From positions 31,490-95,489 of the IMG/VR virus record IMGVR_UViG_3300030330_005655: 64,000 nt of DNA. One strand, written 5' to 3'. The DNA comes from a virus. Its lineage: Duplodnaviria; Caudoviricetes. The translations under genes were made by a program, and so were the position numbers. This document shows positions 28,101-37,489 of this stretch, piece by piece; the first letter of the stretch is position 1; the number at the start of each line of letters is the position of its first letter. Below the pieces are notes generated by a model that did no database searches, was not told the DNA's origin, and saw nothing but the letters and a program-made list of their open reading frames with translations.

Positions 28101-31100
28101 ATTGCTCTTCTTTTGTTGTTGCTTGAGCCAACTGTTCGGCTACTCTTGGATCAAGCCCCATGCGAATCGCATCACGAATAACAAGCTCTTGCTTTATTTC
28201 TTTTCCTGTAAAGCCGCCAACAAGCTCAACATCTGCAAGCCTATCAAGCAACCCCACGGTGTTTTGTCTTTGTTCAGGAGTTTGATTTTGAAGTGTTCCT
28301 GTGGCAAAAGCAAAATTCACACCACGAAAAGCCATCATTAAATCTTTTCTGGCGTCTTTACCACCAACAACAAAATCCTCAACAACATCAAGCATAGCAG
28401 CGCGTTTTGATCTTTCATCTTCAATAAGGGCTATGTTTGCCTCCATCTCTTCAAATATACCAGTGGCCCTTTCTCCTTGGTTTGCCATTCTTTCAAGTTC
28501 GTTTGTGGTTACGTCAATAACCTTCTGCATTTTATCTTGGCGAGCAATCAATTCTTTTGTTGCCCTGCCCGCATTTATTTCTTCTGCTATTCTTTGTCTA
28601 GTGGCTATGGCGGCCTGCCTACTAACTGCAATTTGTTGTAGATTTCCTGCTTCTAGCTGCTTGCCAGTAGGGTCTTGAAATCCTTGAAGATTAGCCTGAG
28701 CAACAACCCTTTCTCTTCTATCTTTAACCTTTCTGTCCAAAGGCTCTGCTTCAAATTCTGAATCTCTTGATCTGGAAACTAAATCTTGTGCTTGTTTTCT
28801 TAAATCTGCACCTTCAAAAATTGTTTGAATTTCTGCCTGTTTTTGCTCTAGCTCTTTTTGTCTAAGGGTTTCTCTTGCATTTAAGAATGATTGATAATTA
28901 TTAATATCCTTTTGACTTAAACCAACAAGTCTATTTATTGACTCTGCTTGTTTTTTAGCCAGTTCTTCCACTGGAGCAAATATGCTTTGCAAAGCTTCTT
29001 CTGTTATTCTTCCGCCTTGGGCGGCTTCTCTCAAACTTTTTCCTACATTATTGAAAAGCTCTTGACCAAAAGGCCCAAGTTGTTCGGGAGTTAGCCCCAA
29101 GCTTCTAAGTATAACATCTGCATTTACAGGATCGCTACCAAAGTTTTTACCCAAAAGATCTCTTCTTGCATTTTGCAAAACAGTAGCAGAAGTTAAAAGC
29201 TGATCTCCAACCTTTTGTGCGGCAGGCCCAAAGCTTGAAGTAATACTGTCAACTTGAGCTATAAACTTTTTAGGGTCTTGAATTCTACCAATATTATCTA
29301 TTTCATCAACACCACGAACCTCTGCTTTAAGAGCTTGGTTTTCAATTACAGCAGTATAGTTTTCTATAGCTTTTGCTTGATTTTCCAAAGCTTGTTCTTG
29401 CAGCGACAAGGCACTCAAAAACTTGTCGGCTTCAGCAACGGCTTTTGTAAGAGCTATAGTGGCTTTTCTTTGTTCATCTTCTGCTTTTCTTAATGTTCTC
29501 GCAGTGTCTGCTTGTCTTTTTATACCTTCAGCCAAGTCTCTTACTTTTTGATTCGCAGCGTTTGTAAGCTTGGTGTTTTGTTCTAAAATGCTATTAGCGG
29601 CGTTGGTCAATGCGGCCTTTTCATCCTCGGTTTTCGCCGCTCTTGCCTGAGCCTGCAACGATGCCGCTTCAGCCTGATTTTTCGCCACCAACAAAGCAAG
29701 CTCTGCCTGAGTTGCGGCTTTTACCTGATTAAAAGCCTGAGCAACTAATCCGCTACCATTAATTAATTCATCAAACGTTTGCTCGCCGGTGATTTCAACA
29801 CTTGCAGCATCTTGCAATGTTTTCACAGAAGCTTCGGCAGCTTGACTAGCGGCCTCTAAAGAAGCGCTTAATCTTAATTGATTTACTTCCACAATAGCGG
29901 CAATCGAAGCATTGTCTTCAAAGTCTTCTTTCTTTAATTGACTTACGGCTTTTCCAGCGTTCATTGCTTGAGCCGCTAACTGGTGTAAAGCCTCTTTGCC
30001 TTGTTTGCTAGCACCAGCACTAATCAAATCTCCTTGAGCTTGAAGCCTTCTGTTGACTCTACCCTCTGGAGTTGCAGCAAGCTCTGCGGCTTCCATAGCG
30101 TCTTTAAAATTATTACTAGCTTGAGTAATCTGGGTAAGACCTTCAATAGATTCTTTTATAGTTTGTGTGTGTCTTTGCTGTTCTGCTATAGCTTCTTCTT
30201 GTGCAGAACTATACACCAAATAACCAACACCAGCACCGACTAAAGCACCAACCAAAGTACCAACAACCGGAACTACACTACCTAAAGCAGCACCCGCAGC
30301 AGCAGCAGCACCAGCAGCAGCTAATCCACTACCAACAGCAGCAGCAGCGCCAGCCGTTCCAGCGCTTGAAAATGAAGCAGACTGATCTCTAAAAGCCACT
30401 TCCGAAAGTTTTGCAGTAGTTAAGGTTTCTGCACTAGCACCACTTTCCAGACCTTCTTTGAAAATTTTTGCTTGGGCATCAGCGCTTGCTTTCGCTTGAG
30501 CAGATAAATATTTAAACACAACCATAACAGCAGTAGCAGCAAGAGCCACCCCACCCAAAGTCCCAGCAAGACCTGCGCCCGCCGCATTTTTACTCGCAAG
30601 AGCTTCTGCTTCATCAGAAGCCGCAGCATTTAAGCTAGCTTTAGCTTCAGCAGATTTAGCAGCAACCAAGGTGGCGCTAGCAAATACATCTAAAAAAGTA
30701 CCACCTACTCCAACTAACGTTGCAACAAATGTACTCGTTTCATTGATAGCCTGCTTTGTTTCTTCACTCAAGCCACTCATTTGGGCTGTTACAGCGGCAG
30801 CAGCACTAGTTAAAAATATAAAGCTTTGTGCGGCTTGGGCTGGCCCTTTTAGTTTTTCAGCAGCGCCGCCTGCTGATCCAACTGCGCCGGATAGCGTATT
30901 CACACCAGCAGATCTAAAGTTTTCACGACCTTTCGCAAGTCTGCCTTTTACAAAACCGCCAGCAGCCGCAGGTGTGCTAGCAGCTTTATTAAGAGCGTTG
31001 CGAACTTTTGCCCTTACTGTGTTATTTTCTTTTCTCGACTTGATAGTTTCTTGTATTTCTTTCTTTTCCCGCTGTCTTATTCCATTAGTCTCGGTTATTT

Positions 31101-33957
31101 GTCTTTCAGTTTCTTTTCTTGCCTTGTCTGTAGCGGCAATAGAACTTCCAGTCTTTTTTAGTTCGTCTTGATAAGCCTTTTCAACTTTAGACATGTCAAC
31201 ATTAGCACTTCCAGCGACACTCTGTTGAAAATCTGAAGCTAAATTTCCCTCTTTCCCACCAAGGATGGAAGCAACTGGTGCGCCAATCTCTGGGCGTGCG
31301 CCAGCCATACCCCTTGTACCTTCAAAGCCCTCTGCCCCCTTCAAAATTCCAGCGCCTTGAACACTAGCCGCGCCTTTTTCATAGGCTCTTGTCATTTTTC
31401 CTGAGCCGTCCTTTAAATCTTTTTCAGCTATTTGCATAGCCGCAGCTAAATCATTACCTTCCAACCCAAGAACTTCAAAATTTCTTCGTACCTTTTCTAA
31501 TTGTTTAGCGAGACTGTCAGCCGGTCCCTTGATCAGTCCCGGATTAAATGCTCTTAATTCAACGCCAGAACCTCCAGCGGGAGTTCCATTTCCATACGTG
31601 TATCTTCCAGCAGTAACTATACCGCCAGCAGCATATCCACGAACCCCGCCCTGATTCATTTTCTTGAGATTACTATAACCTATACTTTGCGCCGCGCTTT
31701 TATTGAATACAAATTCGCCGGGAGTCAACAAAGCTGGAACAGTATCTGAGCCACTAATTCCACCACCTTTAGCGCGCCTTTCCATTCTAGAATATGGACC
31801 AGCGGCTGCCGAAAGCTCTCTAGACGCTCTTTGTCTATTCATAGCGTTGCCTTGATCATCTTCAAATCTTACAGCAGAAACTCTTCTGGTAGCCCTAGCT
31901 AAAAGACTTCTTTTTCCGCCAAAAGCTGTCATCAACGCTTCGCCAACATCTGCTCTTATAACATCTGCATCCGTGTCTAAATTCTTTCTTGTTTTTATAT
32001 TATTAGCAAAGCTTTTAGCTATAGTTCCTTTATTTGCACTTAACTCTTTAAAAGCTGGAGAAGCTTTACCACCAGTCAATCTATAAGCACTACCTTTACT
32101 TAAAAGGCTATTAAATATATCGCCGCCTTTTGCTTTTATATACCTTTTTAATATAGTGCCTGTAGTGCCTGCTTTGTTTTTTAAGTTCCAGTCTCTATTC
32201 CAGTTCATTGGCAGATCAACACCAACACTAGAATAAAGCTGTCTTATCTGTCTATTTTTTTCTTTAGCAGCAAAGGCTCTGGCAGAACCAGAAGTGTTAA
32301 GCTTGTCTAAGTGAGCAAACTCTGTGTCTAGAGTGGGTGTCAATTTTTTAAATTCTCTAGCAGACTGTGTTTTAACATCCTTTTTTGAAACAGCGCGAGT
32401 GCTGCCTCTTTGAAACCTATTTTGATTCATTGCCGCAAGAGTATTAGCACCCAAACTTTTTACGCTACTTTTCTTTATAACAAACTCGCCGGGGGTAAGC
32501 ATTGCCGGAACGGTGTCGCGATTTCCAACACCGGGAACTATTCCGCCCCTAGCAAATCTAGAAACTGCACCACCGCCACCGCCTCTTGCACTTCTTCCTA
32601 TGCCAGCCAATCCGCCAAGCGCAGGAGCTAAACCCCTTCCGATTTTTGTAGCTACTAAAACACCCAACAAAGGAAGCAAAGGTTCTAAAGACTGAGTAAT
32701 TTTAAGAAAAGCATCTGCAAGCTTTAAAGAAAAACCAACCAAAGATTGAAAAGAACTGCTGTCTTTGAATTTTGCAACGAGGGCATCAAAGCTTTCACGA
32801 ACCTTTTGTATTTGAACACCGAGACCCTGTTGTGCTATTTGAGCATCCTTAGCCAAAGAGCCACTAGCACCTTGAGCGACATTCAAAGCGTTTTGAGCAA
32901 CGGCAAACTGCTGAATCAAAGGAATAACCTTGCCAACCTGCCTAAATCCACCAAGCTCTTCCACAACCTGAGCAAATCTAAAGTCTCTAGGATCTAATGC
33001 AGACAACCCTTGTGAAAGTCTTTTAACAGCCTCAAAAGCACCAACAAATCTACCCTGACTATCTTGAAGCTGAATATTTAATTGTTTCAACTGTTCAATC
33101 GTTTCAACACGCTGAATTCGCGTGAAAATTGTACGAAGACCAGTAGCAATCGTTTCAGCGCTTTCACGGGTCGTAGCACGAACACTTGTGAAAAGCGCTA
33201 TAAGCTCGTTTACACTACCGCCAGCCGACGAAAAGACACCACCAACTCTACGAATTGTAGTGATCAAGTCTCCAGATTCTACAGCAAACTTTTTAGAAAC
33301 GCTGTTAATTGCAGAAAGACTTTTTTCAAGGAATGCTATATCCCCACCAGAGTTTCTGGCCTCTCTTCTGAACTGACTCAAAAGAGCAATAGCGCCCTCG
33401 GTCGTGTCTTGAATATTATCAAACGTTGCAGCAAGTGTAGTTTGCGCCAAAACGTTAAGCGCTTTACTAGCTTTCTCGGCAGAAATACCGGCCTGTGTTA
33501 AAGTTCTAGAAGCTTGAAGCAAGTCAGATGAACTAGTACCCAAGGTAGTACCAAGCCTTCTAACCTCATCACTAACAGACTTTAGCTGCTTTACACTTTT
33601 TCCGCTAACCTGAGATATTTTTATCAATTCTGCTTCAAAAGCAATAGCCTGCCTGACAGAATTTTTAAAGGCATTTGCTAGACTAAGAAGCGTACCGGTG
33701 GCAACAGTAATCACACTAAATCTTCTTGCCGACTCAGCAAGAGTTCTGTTTAACTGAGTAACAGATCTAGAAGAAGCCTGCGCATTCTTATTGAAAGACT
33801 GTAAACTTTTATTAGCTTGAGCTAAATTCTTAGCGTTATTTATTTTTAAATTTACGCCAATAGGTTTTAGCTGCTTACGTATATCCGAAATTACTTTATT
33901 CGCATTTCTGGGCGCTTGTAGGTTTAACTGCGCTGTTAGGTTGAATTGCTGTGCCAT
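25195..33957 (-). CDS. Tape-measure protein (TP901-type N-terminal core), multi-module, 2920 aa
   Basis: Longest gene, downstream of tail tube/chaperones; TP901-like core (FEAELIKISQVSG..RESAETIATGLRTIFTRI); Ala/Gly hydrophobic segments; four copies of DTVPA[ML]LTPGEFV. Confidence 0.92.
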   Translation of the reverse strand: MAQQFNLTAQLNLQAPRNANKVISDIRKQLKPIGVNLKINNAKNLAQANKSLQSFNKNAQASSRSVTQLNRTLAESARRFSVITVATGTLLSLANAFKNSVRQAIAFEAELIKISQVSGKSVKQLKSVSDEVRRLGTTLGTSSSDLLQASRTLTQAGISAEKASKALNVLAQTTLAATFDNIQDTTEGAIALLSQFRREARNSGGDIAFLEKSLSAINSVSKKFAVESGDLITTIRRVGGVFSSAGGSVNELIALFTSVRATTRESAETIATGLRTIFTRIQRVETIEQLKQLNIQLQDSQGRFVGAFEAVKRLSQGLSALDPRDFRFAQVVEELGGFRQVGKVIPLIQQFAVAQNALNVAQGASGSLAKDAQIAQQGLGVQIQKVRESFDALVAKFKDSSSFQSLVGFSLKLADAFLKITQSLEPLLPLLGVLVATKIGRGLAPALGGLAGIGRSARGGGGGAVSRFARGGIVPGVGNRDTVPAMLTPGEFVIKKSSVKSLGANTLAAMNQNRFQRGSTRAVSKKDVKTQSAREFKKLTPTLDTEFAHLDKLNTSGSARAFAAKEKNRQIRQLYSSVGVDLPMNWNRDWNLKNKAGTTGTILKRYIKAKGGDIFNSLLSKGSAYRLTGGKASPAFKELSANKGTIAKSFANNIKTRKNLDTDADVIRADVGEALMTAFGGKRSLLARATRRVSAVRFEDDQGNAMNRQRASRELSAAAGPYSRMERRAKGGGISGSDTVPALLTPGEFVFNKSAAQSIGYSNLKKMNQGGVRGYAAGGIVTAGRYTYGNGTPAGGSGVELRAFNPGLIKGPADSLAKQLEKVRRNFEVLGLEGNDLAAAMQIAEKDLKDGSGKMTRAYEKGAASVQGAGILKGAEGFEGTRGMAGARPEIGAPVASILGGKEGNLASDFQQSVAGSANVDMSKVEKAYQDELKKTGSSIAATDKARKETERQITETNGIRQREKKEIQETIKSRKENNTVRAKVRNALNKAASTPAAAGGFVKGRLAKGRENFRSAGVNTLSGAVGSAGGAAEKLKGPAQAAQSFIFLTSAAAAVTAQMSGLSEETKQAINETSTFVATLVGVGGTFLDVFASATLVAAKSAEAKASLNAAASDEAEALASKNAAGAGLAGTLGGVALAATAVMVVFKYLSAQAKASADAQAKIFKEGLESGASAETLTTAKLSEVAFRDQSASFSSAGTAGAAAAVGSGLAAAGAAAAAGAALGSVVPVVGTLVGALVGAGVGYLVYSSAQEEAIAEQQRHTQTIKESIEGLTQITQASNNFKDAMEAAELAATPEGRVNRRLQAQGDLISAGASKQGKEALHQLAAQAMNAGKAVSQLKKEDFEDNASIAAIVEVNQLRLSASLEAASQAAEASVKTLQDAASVEITGEQTFDELINGSGLVAQAFNQVKAATQAELALLVAKNQAEAASLQAQARAAKTEDEKAALTNAANSILEQNTKLTNAANQKVRDLAEGIKRQADTARTLRKAEDEQRKATIALTKAVAEADKFLSALSLQEQALENQAKAIENYTAVIENQALKAEVRGVDEIDNIGRIQDPKKFIAQVDSITSSFGPAAQKVGDQLLTSATVLQNARRDLLGKNFGSDPVNADVILRSLGLTPEQLGPFGQELFNNVGKSLREAAQGGRITEEALQSIFAPVEELAKKQAESINRLVGLSQKDINNYQSFLNARETLRQKELEQKQAEIQTIFEGADLRKQAQDLVSRSRDSEFEAEPLDRKVKDRRERVVAQANLQGFQDPTGKQLEAGNLQQIAVSRQAAIATRQRIAEEINAGRATKELIARQDKMQKVIDVTTNELERMANQGERATGIFEEMEANIALIEDERSKRAAMLDVVEDFVVGGKDARKDLMMAFRGVNFAFATGTLQNQTPEQRQNTVGLLDRLADVELVGGFTGKEIKQELVIRDAIRMGLDPRVAEQLAQATTKEEQLIEANVKLADEVTKLTQEMVMARKAAANQPGGDQEAQGNARGGLVQYRKNGGTIFKPKGTDTVPAMLTPGEFVIRKSAVDKIGADNLAALNRGGSVVYRHMGGETPSDGLPYHKHTGLPANKITAIGARTIQQASMWHQRNTPQEYSEWQNRKKNSSTHVGDVPVRTIGGSGGGRGTIGSATADGSFRRVQPSAPVYLGTRVAPGVYTSGHPDPDIRAGGYPGQFAGDRSGFADDHSGIAMFVHNFLAGMANTFGANFPLEGPNRFIKRRLRTPTAPTPRRADPAILKDFPIVDVSGLLDISTPIGGVSPSFMPPMMSDADFDRLNPDAPYPRMVQPKERRREPMMTGFQSPSVEPKFGLADLIGAGRTAIDAAKTGYSNFKSNFDTARGNLGAGISAVGGFLKGAAARAAALVQVPYEDLRPDPGPSYISSLQNASLQGLGIDRLETWTNVTGEHSTQARYRGISGAGSGNAILNLEKADGSTVGVPQGSLSKDSLNLARKYYRILGYAKGGPVYRQFGGGISGYMRNMGGTRYGNMGIPRAAYSGGRYAQFGGYGFSNYDIYGNPIMTDMGAFSGGPGGIPGQGLMNMGSEAINNMRGMGVEGINRRYDSTNRFNNMAQLQAMAMQPGPMGERARQILRGIEAQQPVPSGLTLKGKKKAIALKERLPQGVRNLLDRSVDYLGPPDDKEYTELALVEEIARHVGATGQFPSSNLMSAHFKRNFRTGKRTFSHLGDPIMDGAGNIDDDVRIEFNKLIDKARARFAAIKTNHEFKNIDLYNMYQAMPLFPYHYAKGGLVPSYFRNGGSNQDTVPAMLTPGEFVMNSNTVDKYGVGFMKSLNRGQVPGYNKGGPVYRNQGSGGREGTGGGMFAIDTGQIEGVFSGFIGGITDAFAGAISSFDPLITKMSDAAALFANGFQFTHTVNVQGGLNLQGLNIELIKNELSQFIGEFVGQEVAAMIDQNNSRFIA
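25636..32517 (-). repeat. Four dispersed DTVPA(M/L)LTPGEFV modules in TMP (32479-32517, 31708-31746, 27883-27921, 25636-25674)
   Basis: Read directly from the translation and checked at nucleotide level; codons diverge synonymously. Confidence 0.95.
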
Positions 33958-34014
33958 CTTTTCTCCAGTGTGAAAGATCGGGGGGAGCTACCCCCCTAAT
34001 CATATACCTAGAAT

Positions 34015-34024
34015 TTTATACACA
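34015..34024 (-). promoter_or_regulatory. Late-promoter motif TGTGTATAAA upstream of TMP
   Basis: Conserved intergenic motif. Confidence 0.65.
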
Positions 34025-34025
34025 T

Positions 34026-34946
34026 TTATGCTTTGTTCGCATCCTTTTTAGTGGTTCTTGTCCTACGTTTTTTCACAGGCTTATCCTGAGCGGCTTTTTC
34101 TTCGGCAGCTATAGGATTATCCTTATCGTCTAGGAATGGCTTTCTTTCAGCAATATCGGCCTTGACCCATTCATCACCCTTTTCGACGACCTTTTCACCA
34201 TTAATATTTACAAAGTAAGGATTTTCACCCTTCTTGTAATCCTCATCATTTTCATAGGCTATAAATCTACCATCTTCACTGAGAAGTCTTCCTTCTGAGT
34301 CTGTCAAATGACCATCTTCATTAATAAATCTTAGATCTTTATCAACAAATTTAAACTCTTTCAAGAATTTATTTTCTTCAAGATTATTTTCATAGTTAGG
34401 ATCTAGACCATACATTGCATTTCCAAGCTTTTCTGCGGCATGAACAACCCAAGGCTGGGAAGCTGCGGCCAGATAATCGCTTTTTTCCTGAAACCATCTT
34501 TGATTAGTTTCTGGATTAATTGTACAAAGTCTAACCAGTTCAGAGAATCTAGCATTATCAGCCTGACCTTCAGCCGAAGCTGCATCAAGAGAATTTTTCT
34601 CAGCAATGAGATCTCTAAATTCTTCTCTTTTTTGCTTGAGGGACATAGCTATTTTTTTAGCCTCAGACAGCCTAATGCCGCCCTTTTGTAGAGCCTCTTC
34701 CATTCCAGATATTTCTTCCAGAATTTTTTCATAAGAAGCCTGCTTGGAGTCACTCCACAAATCCTGATCTCTCATATATGCAGAAAGCTTTTGCCTAAGA
34801 AGCGCCCCTTGATCCAGAGCGTCTTTAAAAGCCTTGTTGTACTCTACCTGAGATTGATTAATCTCTTCTGCTCCGGGCATCTTGATGGTAAACTTTACGG
34901 TGTTGCCATCTAAATCCTCACCCTCGAAAGTTTCTTTATCCGTCAT
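34026..34946 (-). CDS. Putative tail assembly chaperone
   Basis: Acidic helical protein immediately upstream of TMP. Confidence 0.45.
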   Translation of the reverse strand: MTDKETFEGEDLDGNTVKFTIKMPGAEEINQSQVEYNKAFKDALDQGALLRQKLSAYMRDQDLWSDSKQASYEKILEEISGMEEALQKGGIRLSEAKKIAMSLKQKREEFRDLIAEKNSLDAASAEGQADNARFSELVRLCTINPETNQRWFQEKSDYLAAASQPWVVHAAEKLGNAMYGLDPNYENNLEENKFLKEFKFVDKDLRFINEDGHLTDSEGRLLSEDGRFIAYENDEDYKKGENPYFVNINGEKVVEKGDEWVKADIAERKPFLDDKDNPIAAEEKAAQDKPVKKRRTRTTKKDANKA

Positions 34947-35313
34947 TTTCTTCTCCTTCTGGTTTGTGGACAGGAAGTTCTATATAGTATTTTTTCCTGT
35001 CTATTTCGTAATTAAGAAATTCTAACTCCAAGTCTCTGATCTGTGTATTTCCTCTATCTAGTATTTTAGCCCTAATATCTTCATATATCAACTTTAAATG
35101 TTTTTGTTCTTCTGTTAATTCTGATTCATGTAATCCAAACCCCCACAAGAATCCAAAAAATTGTTCCACGTCAGACAAAGAACCAATCATGGTTGTTTGC
35201 ACTTTTTTCTTTGCGGTCTTTAGTAAAGCGTCATGAGAAGCTTGTCTGCCTCTTTCTTCTCTTGCTTTCTTTAAATCTAAAGACGTTTTTAAAAAGTTTT
35301 TATACTCTTCCAT
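34936..35313 (-). CDS. Hypothetical protein (tail assembly region)
   Basis: Coupled ORF between tail tube and TMP. Confidence 0.6.
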   Translation of the reverse strand: MEEYKNFLKTSLDLKKAREERGRQASHDALLKTAKKKVQTTMIGSLSDVEQFFGFLWGFGLHESELTEEQKHLKLIYEDIRAKILDRGNTQIRDLELEFLNYEIDRKKYYIELPVHKPEGEENDG

Positions 35314-35314
35314 T

Positions 35315-36352
35315 TTATCTTCCTTTTATTTTGTTTACGGCGGCTTGCCTTTGCTGTATTGCAATATCCTGTCGAACGTCGTGAAGATCAGTAAACTTTA
35401 AACTTCCAGCTTCATCTATTTGTTGATTTCTAGAATTTATTACACTTTTTGCAACGGGATTATTCATTGAATCTATTTTCTTGGCTGTTTGTTGATCTTT
35501 AGCCATCAAATAAACTTCTTGAGAATTAGCTATTTTTGAGTTGTTTAACATCTTATCTATCTCTCTTTTATTCCTGCTTTTTTCATGCTCTCTTTTTTGA
35601 ACTATAAACCAACCATCTAAACATTCGTCATCATTTATAACTTCTTCGCAGGGGCTTTCGTGACTCTCTTGAACGTTGTCATACATAGAACTATATTGAC
35701 AAAGCTGAAGCTGATCTCTTGTTAATTGACAAGCAGCGACTCCAAAAACATTAGATTGTTTTTTGCCGACATTCCACATTGTTCTAAAAGGATCATTTCT
35801 AGCAACGTATCTATACTCAGCGGCAGATATAGCTTTTGAATTATAGATCTCTAAAGCCTTTGTCAAGGGAATCCTATTTGATAAATTTCCATGCTCATCA
35901 CAAATCGTTTTAGAAATTACCCATATAGAACGAGCAAAGTTCGCAACACCCTCGCATGATATATGATCTAAAGTATGAAATTTTGATTTATACTTTGAGT
36001 ATTGTTTTTCAAGATATTTTATATTTGCTTTTATGCCCCTTAGCTTAGGAACATTATAATAATTTTTATAGGCTTCTACTTTTAGTTCTTCTATTTGATC
36101 GCTAGTTGACTCAGCTTGAGTGTCGTCATCAGGGGACCAAATCTCATTATAGAAAAGTATTTCTTTTAACTCTTCTTTTATGTAGACGCCACTAAAATAA
36201 GCATCATCATAAAACTCCTTATATACATCATAAGATTGTTCAATGATATCTGCTGTTGGCTCATGGATATACAGAACAGGATCGCTCGACGGTAATCGCA
36301 AGCGACCCTGTATTATTCTGTATAATATATTCTCGTAATAAGTTTTATCCAT
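35315..36352 (-). CDS. Hypothetical protein, possible tail assembly chaperone
   Basis: Follows tail tube; C-terminal YDNVQESHESP.EEVINDDECLDGW. Confidence 0.5.
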   Translation of the reverse strand: MDKTYYENILYRIIQGRLRLPSSDPVLYIHEPTADIIEQSYDVYKEFYDDAYFSGVYIKEELKEILFYNEIWSPDDDTQAESTSDQIEELKVEAYKNYYNVPKLRGIKANIKYLEKQYSKYKSKFHTLDHISCEGVANFARSIWVISKTICDEHGNLSNRIPLTKALEIYNSKAISAAEYRYVARNDPFRTMWNVGKKQSNVFGVAACQLTRDQLQLCQYSSMYDNVQESHESPCEEVINDDECLDGWFIVQKREHEKSRNKREIDKMLNNSKIANSQEVYLMAKDQQTAKKIDSMNNPVAKSVINSRNQQIDEAGSLKFTDLHDVRQDIAIQQRQAAVNKIKGR

Positions 36353-36415
36353 CCCTTTAATCCATTTTCTTACTCGCCCAATGAACTGTCCGAGATCAAG
36401 GGCTATCGCAAGTTA

Positions 36416-37432
36416 TCAGTTAGCACCACCATCAACTTTAAGAACGTTAAAGTTACTGTAGGAATACGTGATAGTAGCGTTTCCACCACCCGTGTCACCA
36501 CCAGTATAACTAACATTTGTTAGCTTGTTCTTCGTACCAAGGTCAATAACAGTACCCGCAGTATCCTTGATTATAATCTGACGATCTTGTAGGTTTCCAG
36601 CATTTCCAGAAACATTGATCAAGTCACCAGAAGTTGCAATAACCTCAAAGTCACAAGTAACTTCGATTGGGAAAGTTGCGTATCTGGTATAAGGACCAAA
36701 TCGACCAAGTTCTTGAATTTGCTCTTGACCAAAGTCAGTAGAAACACTAACACTTTGGATGTGAAGACCACTACCAATACCAACAGCGTTTGTGGCATCT
36801 TGCTGACTAGCAGCTTCTTCTGGGATAGCGCTAGCTGCAAGATCAACATCGACCCTTGTTACAACACCAGACTTTGGAGTATCAGTACCGTCAAACTCAC
36901 TGGTAACGTCGGCTGTCCAAATGTCAGCAGGCGTTGTGTTTATAACATTAGTGTCATTGAAACCATTCCAAAATCTATCGTTTCCAACAAGAGAAATGTC
37001 TTCCGTAGCGTTTCCATCAACACTGTAGTTGTAAGAAACAGAACTAATAAACATTCCAGAGTTGTAGCAAACGTTTCTTGGAACACCAGTAGCATGTGAA
37101 ACACCATCGTCAAAGATACCAACATGCACATCACATCTTTGCTTTGATGCTTCAACAACCCCAACCTTACATTGACCCTGACTGGCAAGATCGTACAACA
37201 ATCTATAGCCGTCGATAACCTTTTGTATGTTTACCTCGATATCAGAAACTTGCTCAATATTTTCATAAATTTCAATTTGACCAAGCTCGAAAACCTGATC
37301 AAGAGAGAAAGTACTACTCATACCAACGCTTTGAACACCATGAGCTATGGTGTTAGCATCAAGCCCAGCATCACCACGTTCGGTAATAGCAACCGCCTGA
37401 CAAGCATAAAATATTCTTTGCTGGTTAGCCAT
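36416..37432 (-). CDS. Major tail tube protein
   Basis: Duplicated motif (GVQSVGMS..VFELGQ / IQSVSVS..IQELGR); strong SD, late motif and position. Confidence 0.7.
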   Translation of the reverse strand: MANQQRIFYACQAVAITERGDAGLDANTIAHGVQSVGMSSTFSLDQVFELGQIEIYENIEQVSDIEVNIQKVIDGYRLLYDLASQGQCKVGVVEASKQRCDVHVGIFDDGVSHATGVPRNVCYNSGMFISSVSYNYSVDGNATEDISLVGNDRFWNGFNDTNVINTTPADIWTADVTSEFDGTDTPKSGVVTRVDVDLAASAIPEEAASQQDATNAVGIGSGLHIQSVSVSTDFGQEQIQELGRFGPYTRYATFPIEVTCDFEVIATSGDLINVSGNAGNLQDRQIIIKDTAGTVIDLGTKNKLTNVSYTGGDTGGGNATITYSYSNFNVLKVDGGAN

Positions 37433-37470
37433 ATTAATCTCCTGTAAAAATCTCTGGTAAAGATCAACAC

Positions 37471-37480
37471 TATATACACA
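37471..37480 (-). promoter_or_regulatory. Late-promoter motif TGTGTATATA
   Basis: Upstream of tail tube. Confidence 0.65.
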
Positions 37481-37489
37481 AAAACTAAG

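Noticed and set aside
25337-33501. Many short plus-strand ORFs, including a poly-Q-like one at 30201-30392
   Set aside because: Shadows of Ala/Gly-rich TMP codons.
34026-36352. Programmed frameshift between tail chaperone genes
   Set aside because: Three separate ORFs with their own starts; no convincing slippery site linking them was identified by eye.
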